A stretch of 48,224 bases of DNA from Clostridia bacterium (GTDB lineage: Bacteria; Bacillota; Clostridia; Christensenellales; UBA1242): the NCBI GenBank assembly GCA_017938505.1, contig JAGBBH010000025.1, positions 1 to 48,224 of the forward strand. The letters run 5' to 3'. The notes under the pieces were generated by a model that made no database searches, was not told the DNA's origin, and saw nothing but the letters and a program-made list of their open reading frames with translations. Positions 42,901 through 48,224 of this stretch are shown piece by piece. The position numbers and the translations under genes are program-made. The number at the start of each line of letters is the position of its first letter. Position 1 is the stretch's first letter.

Positions 42901-45900
42901 CAGATTTGAGATCTTATGCTCTTGAAATCTTCTTGGCTGATGCAAACTTGAATAAGGGTGGCTTGACAGAAGAATCAATTGGCGCTGAATATGTATTTAC
43001 AAGAGGAAGCGGAACAGACTCTGAAGGAAAACAACCAAAATATGTTTATGTTGATACAGATGACAACACTTTGGTTGCAGTTGCAGATGCAGAAAGCAGT
43101 TTTGTAAGAGCTGATGACACGGTTATCCACTATGAAAGCGGAAGTACAACACTTTACGCAACATGGATTGGAAGAAACGACATTACTTACACTGTTTACT
43201 ATTTGATGGAAGAAGTTTCAGTTGCAACAAATGCAACAGACTTCATCACAGATGGCAGTGCAACATATCCAGAAATTGTTGCTCAAATTGGCGACAAGAC
43301 AAACTACAACTCTAAGACATACAAACTTCACGCAATTGAAGAACATACAAACGCATTGGTTGCTGACAATGTTGAAAACTACATTGACAAGCACGAATAT
43401 GCTGGATTTGAATATTCAACATTCGAATACAAATCAGACACTATTGACGGAACTGGTATCACAAAGATTTATGCATTCTATGCAAGACAATCATATCAAG
43501 TTACACTTGCAACAAGCAAAGGTGTTGCTTCGGTTGAAGTTTTGGCAGGCGATGGAATCTCTGGTGGAACAAATGGCGTATATAGTGTTAAATATGAAGC
43601 AGATGTAAACTTGAAATACACATTGAAACCAGGTTATGAATTCAAAGCTTGGGAAAACAAGGCTGGTGAAACGGCGGTTGAAGTTGAAGATGGCAAGTTT
43701 ACAATGCCAATCACAACAACAGGAAGCGGAGTATATCTCACAGCAACAGCAACTCCACTTACAGTTGGATATAATGTAGAATATTATCAAGAAGATGTTG
43801 ATGGCAATGGTTGGACAAAAGTTGCAACAACAATTGCAGCAGATGCAGTTGATGGCGTAACTCAAGTTGCAGCAAAATCTGGAACAACAGATACAAATGT
43901 TGACATCAAGACCTTGAACAATGTTACATACACAGGATTTACTTATGACCATTACGAAACAAATTCAAGTGCAGCAGGACACGACAGTGCTTCTCTCAAC
44001 ATTGAAGGTGATGGTTCTCTTACAATCAGACTTTACTACACAAGAAATCCATATACATTGACACTCACAGCAGGAACAGGAATTGCTTCTGTAGATGGTG
44101 AAGGTGAATATGTATTTGGTGAAACAGCAACAATCACAGCAGTGGTTAAAGTTGGATACACATTTGCAAGCGTGGCTTCTGAAGACGGTGCTATGACAGC
44201 GGTTGTTACAAACTCAACAGCAGGAGAAAATGGAACAACAGTCGTAACTCTTACATTCACACTCCCTGCGGCAAATGTTGCACTTGTTGCAAAAGCAACA
44301 GCAAACAACACAACAAATTATCAAGTTAACTATTATGTTCAAAAAGCAAATGGCGAATTTGTTCTTGATGGTTCATTTGGTGAATATACAATTGCTGAAA
44401 ACACAGCACTCCACACAAATGGAACAACTGACACATTGGCAGACATTGCAACATTGAGTGCTGTTGAATATGTAGGAATGAAATATGCTTACTACACAGC
44501 AAATTCAACAACAAATGGTGAAGTTACAACTTCTGGAAACCTCAACATTGATGGTGATGGAAGTCTTGTAATCAATCTCTACTACACTCGTTTGACTTAT
44601 GTTCTTACACTCAACACAAATGTTGGTGTGAACAAAGCAATGGTAACAATGGTAGATGGAATTACAGCAGGTGCATCAGCAAACACTTATGATGTAATGT
44701 ATAATGTAGAAGTTGCTCTCACTTACACTCTCACAAATAACGGTTATTCATTCAAAGAATGGACTGTAAATGAGGGTGGAGTTGAAGTAAGTTATGATGA
44801 GGCAACAAAGGTTGGAACATTTACAATGCCAACAAACAAAGTTACTCTCACAGCAACAGCAAAAGAAAACACATACACAATCTCATATTACAGAAATCAT
44901 ACAGCTCAAGACACAACTAAGGAAACTCAAGCAGTAACATACAACACAACAGTTGTTCTTGATGGAAATGAATTTACAAAGACAGGTTACACATTTGGTG
45001 GTTGGGCATTGAGTTCGGCATCAAGTGAAGTGGCTTATGCAGACAAGAAAGAATTTAAATATGAAATCATTGGAAACCTTGATCTTTATGCTATCTGGGT
45101 TCCAGCAGAAGTAGATTTCAAAGTTAATGTAAATGTTCAAAACTTTGCAGATGATGACTATACAACAACAACTCACGAACTCTCTGCAATCACAGGAACA
45201 ACAGTTTCAATCGCAACAAGCGGAAAGACTCTTACAGTTACATCAAAAGTTAAGGGAGCAGCTGGTGCTTCTGAAGACAGTGTTGAAACATTTACGGTTA
45301 TTGATGCGGTTTACGGATTTACTTATGAAACTTCAAAAACAACAGCAGACCTTACAGTTAAGGCTGATGGAAGTTTGGTAATTGATGTTTACTATGCTAG
45401 AAACACATTCAAGGCAACTCTTGAAACAACAGAAGGTGTTTCAGGTGCTTCTCTTGAAAGCGATAACAGAGTTTCTGTAACAAACAATGTTTACGAATTC
45501 TATTATGGCGACACAGTAACATTTGCTTACACAATCTTGCCTGGTTACAGTTTTGGTTCTTTTGAAACAGTAACGGTTGGTTCGTATAGCACTTGGACAA
45601 ATCCTGTTCAAGCAGCAACAAGCACATTCTCTGTTCCAGATGCAAATCTGACAGTTAAGATTAAGGCAAATGCTAGCACAGAAACTCCATACAAAGTTGA
45701 ATATATGTTGCAAGACATTGATGCTGCAACATACTCTCTCGACACCACAAGAACGCTTAACGAAGCAGGAAAGACTGACACGGTTGTCAATACAACACCA
45801 TATCAAGTTGCTATCACAGGCTTCGCATTTGCAAACAAGATTGACTTTGTTCTTGTAGATGGCGAAACAGAAACAGCAACAACAAACAACATTGATGGTT

Positions 45901-47612
45901 CTGGAAAACTCGTAATCAGACTTTACTACAGCAGAAATAGTTACAACTTGTCAGTTGAAGCTAAAGCAAATGACAATGGAATCAAGTCAGTTTCTGGCAC
46001 AGCAACTTACAACTATGACAAAGAAGTAACAATTACAGCAGTTGTAAAAGATGGATACACATTTGCAGGCTTCTCATCTTCTAACACAGAACTTCTTGCA
46101 AACATTGCAAAAGCAGACTGTCAAGAAGTTGTAGATGCGGCAAACCACATCACAACATATACATATTCATTTGAAATGGTTGCGGGCAATGTTACTCTTA
46201 TTGCAAGCACAACAACAAACAAACAAACAGCATTTAACATTGTTTATATGTTTGAAGATTTGACAAGTGAATATGCAGAAAACACAATCTCTGCAACTTA
46301 TGCAAAAGTTGGAAGTGGAGAAACAGATGCAGCAATCACTCTTGCTCTCATTGAAGAAGCAAATGGTGGCGAACTTCCTGTTCCAACAGGATTCACTTAT
46401 GTAAACTTCGGTTTGTATGACAAGAATGCTGCAGAAGGACAACAATATAAGACTGTTAAGATTTCTGGAAATGGTGACAGCACAGTTTATGTTTACTATT
46501 CAAGAAATTCTTACACACTTACAATCAACTACTTTAGACAAGGAACTGAAAATGAACTTGCTGCAACAGCAACAAGAACATTGAAGCATGAAGCAAGCTT
46601 GTCAGAAGCAGTAGTATCACCAGAAGTTGCTGGTTATGAACTTGTAAACACAGCACAAGCAAACATCAACTGGACAGCAAATGGTGCAGACAGCACAGTG
46701 GTAGTTGAATATAAGCCAACAACATACACATTGACTTATGTTATGAATGATGGTACAGACAGCACATCAACTCAAGAATTCAACATTGAAGAAGACATAA
46801 CTCTTACTCAACCAACATACACAGGTTATGACTTTGCAAATTGGGCAGTTACAAGCGTTGCAGCTAAGACAAACTTTGTTGCAGGAACAACATACACAAC
46901 AACAATCGGCAAAGGTAAGTATGGAAATGTAACGCTCACAGCACAATGGACTGCAGAAACAAACAGTGTTACATACAACTTTGCAGTGGCAGAACTTGGA
47001 GATAAGGCAGTTCTTGTAAGTGGTCCAACAAACAACAAGATTGCCAGCGGAACAGAATTTAATGCAACAGTATCAGCAGTTGCAGGATACACTCTTCCAG
47101 CAACAATCACAGTTGTTGTAGGCGAAAAGACATTGGCGGCAGCTGAATACTCTTACAATGCTGCAGCAGGAACAATTACAATTGCTCCTGCAAAAGTAAA
47201 TGGCGACATTGAAATTACAGTTACAGCAACAGCAAACAACTATGATGCAACTGTAAACGGTGTTCATACAACAGTAAGCGTAGATGGCGCTGCTTATGGA
47301 CAAACAAAGACAAAGAATGTTGCAACAGACACAACATTTACTGTTTATGCAAAAGCAGATGAAGGTTATGGATTCAGTGGAATCGAATTTGTAGCAACAG
47401 AGGGAGTTGTTCTTGGTCAAACACAATATGACGAAGAAACAGGAATCTACTCAGCTCAAGTAAGTGGATATACAGCGGCATTTACAATCACAGCTACAGC
47501 AACAATCAATGAATATACCCTTACAGTTAAGTATGCAGATGGTGAAGTTACAGAAGACTTGACAGTAAAACAAGCATACAAGACAACATATGAATTGACA
47601 GTTCCAACATGA
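21933..47612 (+). CDS. Giant surface protein/adhesin with many InlB B-repeat (Flg_new-like) and other Ig-like modules, 8559 aa to first stop
   Basis: AAGGAG RBS; basic-hydrophobic N-terminal signal/anchor; dozens of YTITxNxNGG...PTRTGYTFxGW...TLYAQW modules plus YxVxHY...IxxDGSxVxxLYYxR modules. Confidence 0.93.
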   Translation: MDNFRRKLGLYVVAFFCMLTSAFGIGVSLTPQTSVPSFSVSENDNTVEGGEEQEEEISSNAQAAVKAGSNSDLYITSTTALTSGNSYSFYNCIFNLSSSSAVFSGGASSITMQDCIILNTSTWGLSPTTLTNVYSEAALTGATRLSDVETKLKDVRFLAAQSYGGTSYWTGAWDFANTWVYVAQVHPNYSTGSESASYSLAIPTTYAYLGWTPAGPSGYYRVTAHYNVEGSTDAYRIYFSTSNTSATLNRGTIFSRPGYSNKWAYSADGQGQSSITIASGGDIYAIWEPAVYTISFNQNSGSGGQTSAIYLKYGTGFYSSFNSTSYTVSGAVSTVTPPTRTGYTFKGYYTAASGGTQITNGAASYNSTTPVSILSGKTTFTTSNTTLYAQWTVHTYTISFNGNGHTSGSTASVTATYNSTRSLTANGFAKTGHTFVGWATSSTGSVAYANGATLTAAQVNSHYSSVGSGGTLTLYAKWTANTVAVTLNGNSGTPTHSMVYITYGTKNIYASRTGSALPYAGSGSTIAPKASRSYYTFNGFYTAASGGTQIINANGALVSNSTYTADGTTLYAQWTGNTITLTLDHNGGSSSMSKVYFKYGTNTFYSDSACATTITKVPVPTKTGYTYVQYNGDGTQGGTAGERYIYTDGTFASDLCTDIHANATLTAQWNVNTYTITLNQNGATTNGTASVTATYGSASLSSGITNPRKTGYTFAGWTSAQNGSTVVINTSGALVASISGYTNSSRQWTKDGGTTLYAKWTTNSYTVTANANGGTISTTDGWSGTGASATKSVAYNSTYGTLPSVTRTGYTFNGWYDKKDIMNFNTASWNDVVDYNAGTVRSNKEGWNGWCVGYLKNLGMVSGKKYTLEFWIKLDASSGTMPMSTNTCFINDSTSGTFNSIGNVTTSWQKLSATFTYTPVSSGNYVNDSLHIYPSLNNGSGLEVIVKGFRLLETDSSVKVEATTTMTSAADHTITASWTANTVNLTLNGNDVKENNGSTTATIGGTSNSKTVSVTYDTTKSVSVASRTGYSFKGYYTAKTGGTQVVNSSGNFVASVSGYTNSSGAWAKESATTLYAQWTAGTYTITLNQNSATTNGTTSVTATFDSATLATITAPKRTGYTFGGWSTASSGGTVVINTSGAFAASISGYTDSSSRWIKAGTATLYAKWTANTVKVTLNANKPGSSTVSQSYSTIYVTYNTKNMYSSRSGSAYPYTAGTSISDAIASCTGYTFNGYYTATSGGTQIINASGALVSNWTTNAADGQNLYAQWTVKSYTVTANANGGTIPTTSGWTVASGGGSATRSADCNYDAAMGNDTLPEPTRAGYDFKGWYNNSSFTTQVTASSTLTTSNATISGTSATIYAKWTEHVYTLSFDANGGSVAPESMTIAYKATVSLPEFTTLSKTGYTFAHWLIGSTQIKTGDIWNYTANQTAVAQWTANPYTLTLNANSGTISASSGNWTGSGSSVTKSVTYNSAIGTIPTSSNISRTGYTFGGWKISSTTITSSTTWTYASNQTATAQWTANTVSITLNGNKGSGSSSVSQTYSTIYVTYGTKNVYSARTGSALPYAGSGSTVSPKASRTGYTFKGYYTAASGGTQIINASGAFVNNSTYSADGTTLYAQWSAIEYMVQALAEGGVFPENNGWTYDSDDVAITYINYDEAFGTLPTATYTGYYLAGWYNNYAGTTKISTTSTLTTSTADFSSGTPTIYAKWTPITVTITLDATTNGGTLSGSTPVYAQYDKSGLYSNSTLATSTSPKATKTGHTFKGWFTSATGGTQIIDGNGSVLATNNWYSHSSVSGSSATLKLYAQFTTLSYTIYATMGDADGWASTANWTQETSGTYNGSLSKSVAYGSAYGTLPTPYRNGYTFKGWFTAASGGTQVTSSTTLTSASTQVIYSQWTVNTYTITYDLDGGAWASGYAPVTSYKTTDTSTLPTATNVVKTGYSVDFWLCECGEDGNWNNGVPDTVYGMYGDVTIRASWYVHTIPLDFNLNDVNQGNGSTEATLYNGGNAAFGDEYFTVDYDGNVIFEYTYWLDASPTALRDGYTFNGFYTKANGGNKVINADGTMVGPWTVELTGVSSGTATLYAQWTPRTYTLTANANGGSIATTSGWTGTGTTATKTVTFDAAVGTLPTTETVTRTGYTLAGWYTADLADNASTSGKTQITTASKATTAGNWTIFAYWTSNNYKITLNSNYEDMTGYGTGAVTAGTSAIWEKYGVNWYSDNAGTITTSTISSISAPTRVGYSFGGFFTGKNGAGTQIITNTGAIVSGKTTQFTSNNTIYAYWTANKFKVTMNMNLPASYPQAISTNVPNDGNNYYVQAQYGTSTLYGSGTSAIVPNASLKAYDFGGWYTDATSGNLLIGTDGKLRANVSGYTDANGIWTRSSVATVYARWTVHTYTITYKNNGGTFSTGEASEKKVTYNYNNALTILGDAAVTKTGYNLAWSVAAGDVETVWKNYQTSNLAAGHTFAANTMYGDVTLNAQWTAATSDITLELYTTGEGQAYSKHRVTFDNAVGNLGSANSTSTGVTSTVAGQNIAWKVGYTFQGYFTSANGGGTKVFDANGNVLAAVVTSGSTTTTWTASNGTDIVWKHPETEDGKVFKLYAYFTPNQYDLTVNLGTGVASVGVKLGSGSVTTYTANTTVKVAYDTVVTLSATASAGYSIGKFVNGSNAEVGSVGSHGFTFQSTSALTFTAKATAQQVAYTLKYRLEQADGSYGDAYTVSGLKATTDTYITLSALQSSVASSAGSLLNGYAYGSYESATPAVDESKGLKINGNGTTTITLKYDLVTYTITYAGLTIPSSTDSNTIVSYTVLDTVTIDGDLYVFNEEMYYIETWDYIESYTVASNVGNWSGNYTPGQELSGMYGNVTLNPNLEHIWWWVELTPTNADEGKEGTTIFWAQYNGESWIFCEDDGTGNAPNESKQITKIEVPQRTGYKFGGYLDYYTDYDVVFADGTIVTNNNNDNLGSAVDFWINSVADYYNDSKQFLNSCSGDLWTANEYTFAYNPTTGSGTIANQTDKAYTTNVTLSDGTGFSKTGYTLSGWSLTNGASTVSYNLGQSYSVSALATAAGVHQAANGRDDVTINLYAVWTPNTYTITLNGNGGSVKSVSGLSALTNSSNVLTATYDTQGTFTAALTRTGYTFEGWSTSATEVVATTGLTNGSITGSAGNYTSTSTKVLNLAPSGNINLYAVWTADLVVVTLNLNDSTESNGSTVAGVVAGATIADNKVYVAYDAKTYATENTQKVYATNNYNGTIITPTAQRNGYKFNGWFTAKTGGTQIFNNAGQLVKDWTVANVGTGADISATLYAQWVANTYTITYNKNHSGSTDTYADTTKATFDKGYTVLSKEACSFNVTGWTFGGWATTANGSASYQPDSTLTLNNSNFNSISGTTYNLYAVWTVNSYTVTYDANDANYQGTATLLTGKSKTQTYTYTAVVDTTTRYSRTGYAFASWNTNADGSGTTIASNATGLVAADGGTITLYAIWTAGNVNYKVVHMTQTIAAAISGVTTFSTSAPTTNYSISSEESKTAASNTTITSTQINGFYKTLTGFTKLNSASTHEYVVQADSSMIIYLLYTRDYADVSVEIGTGIASVTATTADRTLSGTLASSTMTYSKVFFGESVTLSAALKAGYESAKFEIVDGLAAANFSNNNFSMPDNAVEFTVSATPKQVPYAVNIYLQNVDGTYNSEASEVISTNLTATTDTEVTVETTIYAKSGFSFDTSASNVLTQTIKGDGSTVYKLYFKRNSYTLTLKYEDGIAAGGIEATPDTTITKVYGDTTTVADPVRPGFAFTGWTKSATFTGTLDGTTYTFGYTNDTLTATWLENTYTITFATVGGTEFEDQSYTALTYDFNVTPYIPTKAGYTFEGYTVAWADNDHSATLPTIYSAGGGGHYIMEFGFGCYGDLVLTANWEIINYTIEYPFAVGVLPEGKTNPTTFNVEMDPITLNNPTRTGYKFLGWSFMNGGGALMQTLVLNKENVLQYADETDIVAIAENWEANTIKVNLNLNDKTNGNGSTEARYLKYAGTISNYDGFVGYLNFEYAGAAPEYVQAARDGYRFNGWYSSATGGELVYTGSDTGETWTYVASGETTLYAQWSPIGYTLTLNPNEGSVATTTMPVVFDQKIGTIATPTRVGYTFGGWSIDGTAINADTSWTYTTDKTAVASWTANTVSVTLDKNATINGSDVTLDYTTVYVTYNTTNIYASRTGSAYPYAGSGATIAPKASRTGYTFNGFWTATTGGTQIINANGGLTSAWSLNAIDGQVLYAQFIANTDNTVTFDLTNVEKGSGASTATSGAVYTATLQNATGYSLPDTISVTVGGRTLTAGTQYTYTIAIVEGTERQVATITIKEGVVNGNIVIFAEGVANSYVVTANLNGGEILSAGEWTVAANGTSATKSVTFASEYGYLPTATDEIYRAGYNFAGWYTTSTFESASLITSTSKVATANAHTIYAKWESKTIEVTIKVYDGDWSTKLDDDCSESGTYKVGDVIYFNAYASIEYTTFYRWRETLIPRAGGETTWLYQMYNGTELVVTEDMTETYSQIIYEAVSSYTWEHYSVTDLNKDNPAEVTASKNNANTVGGMVSDNYSFVNHNGYWGSVGKHAGDTCNNTKKTLEMYARANAGYHFYGWYLKSTTASGDVVGDARLVALAEDCEIVESAEHGTYYSYQHTLYSETMAEGTRGGGQFFALFLSKTYEIEIDYAGGALTTGSNPTSYQTKDTNISLLAPTRIGYTFAGWELEWAGSEHSATLPTYTNTSIATNGVTYGDMKLTAKWTAIGYAVKYVVAGGTLSGTTPQSYTIESTETLNSVSRNGYTFLGWKATEAEGSWTLNSQYKAGASLTGQYGNVTLTAEWSANVYAITLDGNKGEGTSEVTTTHSTVYVAYASATLHAGKESKTSVAEYGYEVVTGSAIKPTASRDGYTFLGWFNGETEVISAAGELKANWATTAGAALKAKWDANSVKVLFNTNITTNYPNDEASVTPTEATLTFNGKYTTLASGTRTGYTLEGWYFENTLTNKVTTETQITNHAEHTLYAKWTAVEQTVTYNLTRVTVKNETTKVYSHANDAVATLTADTGFSLPGTISVTVDGTEIATAGYTYDSTTGALTIKKEYINGPVVVTVKGSAGSNTVTFVITDRANTTPTEKTILATGNTTTVESGSKYTATLTRVAGYDLPSSISIAIVGCAEPSYTYTVATDKQTASIEIDGESVVGNITITAAGVAKSVAITFNANGGSAVATKNVTFDQAYGTLETPTREGYDFKGWYLTDLEDDATIGQATKVEETTILKNENAHTLHAYWTSRSVTVTVRNLSGTANEGSLTGAGTYKTLDVITLGQTANTGFNFVKWVLGTAESGTVIEGGKYTVKTSDTASDNATLTFTAVYQVSGTLAAVTDGTVSGVGGSVEVTGGVAGATSTATWIYTGAAQEVTLKATENAGYSFAGWFTTASATEATYSTATATHALGTAGTFNLVAKFEAITYSIDYVLNDGSFVDESAVVKSYKITDEVILPVTAQIAKTGYTFEGWYEAETLTGDKVTTIAVGTIGDKKYYANYTANVYKVNLDNQSATTSTTNTIWEKYATAWYSNAEATSEIESITAPARTGYVFGGYWTQVGGKGTQIIDNAGNIDASKTTEFTAETIIYAQWIANEYTITFNGNGHTSGSMEALDMVYDVEKALPGIGFDRAGYTFKGWATSANGEVIYSNGATVINLATGETGDESVELFAIWGAKDDTVYTINIYYANTEGTYEGVEAEEPIQRTGVSDAKISFVVTDISITIDGTKYEKTGFSYDASTSGITNSTVKTITADGSQVLNIYFSRNEYTLTINPNGGKYDNKTTATEVKGLFETTYTVLEATREGHSFADWTLAGEGDLEGAIYTFGAGNDTLTAQWNILSYTLTLTKDKGVESVSASGTGVTNKGDGTYTIVYNSTVALTYKLNAGFNFKGYATSDVTVSSGSFTMPAKAVAIEAQTNENPYIIRLNLNGGEGSAQTSEISALYDTSKALTTIEDLGWTKSGYVFAGWSESETGAVKYRDGESVINGATTGYYDLYAIWTADTFEISFNKNADDATGTIATIENVVFNENITLTANTGLIARVGYTFLGWSEDDEATSATYADGATFKYTNAYNTVLYAVWSENSYTLKLDANDSKYQGTATLTEGKTNVRTMKFTDAVNFENIYTRTGYSFAGWAELPAGEVKYLATTTGVSGLSATDNATVTLYAIWNVEEVAFTVNMFERYEHKTEYVALETYTFTANTDSEVEFSVSGKTLTVNGETKEFANAVNAFTFENAKTTTTGTNNAMTVLADGSLEINLYVYRNNFEITLLTSEKGIENAVLTGSGIASVSGNKYTVAYDSELKFSYTVSAGYDFKEYQTAISGNSNWTKPVSAYETNDCFTAPDADLTVTIVAEARTDTKYTVKHYKEELDGTFTLADTENLEGTTDTTATVTDKGYANYTLDDTVSGTLLSGNINGTGSLVLSAYYKLDTYTLTLTKDEKMGAVKAEGVGVTANAGTYTVKYGATVELSYESIEAGYSFKEWEVVSGIVTVSDNTFTMAADDAEIKAVSEPITYHIIYNANAGKIAGEDSVSVEIKHDATATVRTNSENDILRTGYTFSTWNTSANGNGTNYAPNSTFTFELTEDLILYAIWTANTYDVIYNANNGTGASKTFADGVTFDDEYTFLANTEANGMAFTKTGYSFLGWASDESATAAEFVVGATITHTTADDITVYAVWKANTYTITYDANDGGAENAPYGVATGSTASTNATFDEDVILATNGFDFVGYEFLGWSEDADATEEDFEEGETLTTPNFSSEVNGSKVLYAVWKAENYVITVDKVIDGIATAVDSISMTYGNDYTNATLVANVAEYDKTGYTLVGFFTAITGGVEVIDENGKLLVNVVDEKIIVDNGTWAHADNIEIYAQYQAKPYTVNFNVEVTKPEDVTPAVSPASKTVYFASTYAGEDGVWPTPTLAGYFFDGWSTRTDLRSYALEIFLADANLNKGGLTEESIGAEYVFTRGSGTDSEGKQPKYVYVDTDDNTLVAVADAESSFVRADDTVIHYESGSTTLYATWIGRNDITYTVYYLMEEVSVATNATDFITDGSATYPEIVAQIGDKTNYNSKTYKLHAIEEHTNALVADNVENYIDKHEYAGFEYSTFEYKSDTIDGTGITKIYAFYARQSYQVTLATSKGVASVEVLAGDGISGGTNGVYSVKYEADVNLKYTLKPGYEFKAWENKAGETAVEVEDGKFTMPITTTGSGVYLTATATPLTVGYNVEYYQEDVDGNGWTKVATTIAADAVDGVTQVAAKSGTTDTNVDIKTLNNVTYTGFTYDHYETNSSAAGHDSASLNIEGDGSLTIRLYYTRNPYTLTLTAGTGIASVDGEGEYVFGETATITAVVKVGYTFASVASEDGAMTAVVTNSTAGENGTTVVTLTFTLPAANVALVAKATANNTTNYQVNYYVQKANGEFVLDGSFGEYTIAENTALHTNGTTDTLADIATLSAVEYVGMKYAYYTANSTTNGEVTTSGNLNIDGDGSLVINLYYTRLTYVLTLNTNVGVNKAMVTMVDGITAGASANTYDVMYNVEVALTYTLTNNGYSFKEWTVNEGGVEVSYDEATKVGTFTMPTNKVTLTATAKENTYTISYYRNHTAQDTTKETQAVTYNTTVVLDGNEFTKTGYTFGGWALSSASSEVAYADKKEFKYEIIGNLDLYAIWVPAEVDFKVNVNVQNFADDDYTTTTHELSAITGTTVSIATSGKTLTVTSKVKGAAGASEDSVETFTVIDAVYGFTYETSKTTADLTVKADGSLVIDVYYARNTFKATLETTEGVSGASLESDNRVSVTNNVYEFYYGDTVTFAYTILPGYSFGSFETVTVGSYSTWTNPVQAATSTFSVPDANLTVKIKANASTETPYKVEYMLQDIDAATYSLDTTRTLNEAGKTDTVVNTTPYQVAITGFAFANKIDFVLVDGETETATTNNIDGSGKLVIRLYYSRNSYNLSVEAKANDNGIKSVSGTATYNYDKEVTITAVVKDGYTFAGFSSSNTELLANIAKADCQEVVDAANHITTYTYSFEMVAGNVTLIASTTTNKQTAFNIVYMFEDLTSEYAENTISATYAKVGSGETDAAITLALIEEANGGELPVPTGFTYVNFGLYDKNAAEGQQYKTVKISGNGDSTVYVYYSRNSYTLTINYFRQGTENELAATATRTLKHEASLSEAVVSPEVAGYELVNTAQANINWTANGADSTVVVEYKPTTYTLTYVMNDGTDSTSTQEFNIEEDITLTQPTYTGYDFANWAVTSVAAKTNFVAGTTYTTTIGKGKYGNVTLTAQWTAETNSVTYNFAVAELGDKAVLVSGPTNNKIASGTEFNATVSAVAGYTLPATITVVVGEKTLAAAEYSYNAAAGTITIAPAKVNGDIEITVTATANNYDATVNGVHTTVSVDGAAYGQTKTKNVATDTTFTVYAKADEGYGFSGIEFVATEGVVLGQTQYDEETGIYSAQVSGYTAAFTITATATINEYTLTVKYADGEVTEDLTVKQAYKTTYELTVPT

Positions 47613-48224
47613 GAAGGATATACATTCAAAGAATGGAATGTTTCAGAAATTGGCAAGGGAACTCTCAATGCAAACACATTCACATTTGGAGCAAGCAATT
47701 CTACTCTTACAGCAGAATGGAGTGCAAATGTATATGTAATTACACTTGAAGGAAACAAAGGAAACGGCACAAGTGAAGTTACAATCGAAGGTGCAACAGA
47801 TGGCAAGGTATATGTAGAATATGCAAGCACAAAATTGTTCGCAAGCAGAACAGGCGAAGGATATCCATATGCAGGAGCAACAGAAACAGCTCCAACAGCA
47901 AGCAGAAATGGATATGACTTCCTTGGCTGGTTCAACGGACAAACAAAAGTAATCGATGCAGACGGCAAATTGGTTGCAAACTGGGCAACAGCAAACGATG
48001 TAACACTCGTAGCGAACTGGGAAGCAAAAGCAGTTAACTATCAAGTAAAACACATCTACGCAGGATATGCTGGAACATTTGAAGGCGAAGGTGTAGAAGT
48101 TGTTTACAGCACAGCACTTGACGGATCAACAACAAGTGCAGAAGCAAGTTACTTGACAGCGACAGCAGACAGCAAAGTAACAGCATCAGTAGTTGCAAGA
48201 GAAGGATTTGAAAGTCCAGCAACA
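47613..48224 (+). CDS. In-frame continuation of the giant protein beyond the TGA (partial, runs off window)
   Basis: Same frame open for 204 codons to the window end: EGYTFKEW...TLTAEWSANVYVITLEGNKG...ASRNGYDFLGWFNG. No RBS/ATG of its own seen. Confidence 0.85.

Noticed and set aside
22279-48222. Many short ORFs overlapping the giant gene on other frames/strand
   Set aside because: Shadows of the biased ACA/GCA codon usage (Gln-rich or Cys-rich translations); no RBS or motifs.

Overview
AT-rich chromosome segment of a probably spore-forming low-GC Bacillota (Clostridia-like). (1) 1-~4396: right end of an integrative element (XRE repressor, divergent promoter with three operator-like sites, small ORF, two tandem large serine recombinases). 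It appears inserted in the catalytic KTG motif of a class B PBP gene (spoVD/ftsI-like), leaving only the 3' remnant with its PASTA domain, and a second, complete attP-like palindrome lies 83 bp inside the junction. (2) 4.8-21.4 kb: housekeeping and accessory genes, including jag-mnmE-mnmG-rsmG-parA-parB with three perfect parS sites, archaeal-type cmk, rubrerythrin, tRNA-Ser(GCT), an SPFH/zinc-ribbon operon, a stand-alone Spo0A C-terminal-domain protein, dUTPase and a ZIP transporter. (3) 21.9 kb to the end: a giant surface-protein gene (InlB B-repeat/Flg_new-type modules) with a structured leader, inserted domains and divergent acidic patches. It hits a single TGA after 8559 codons, but the frame and the repeat continue to the window edge.
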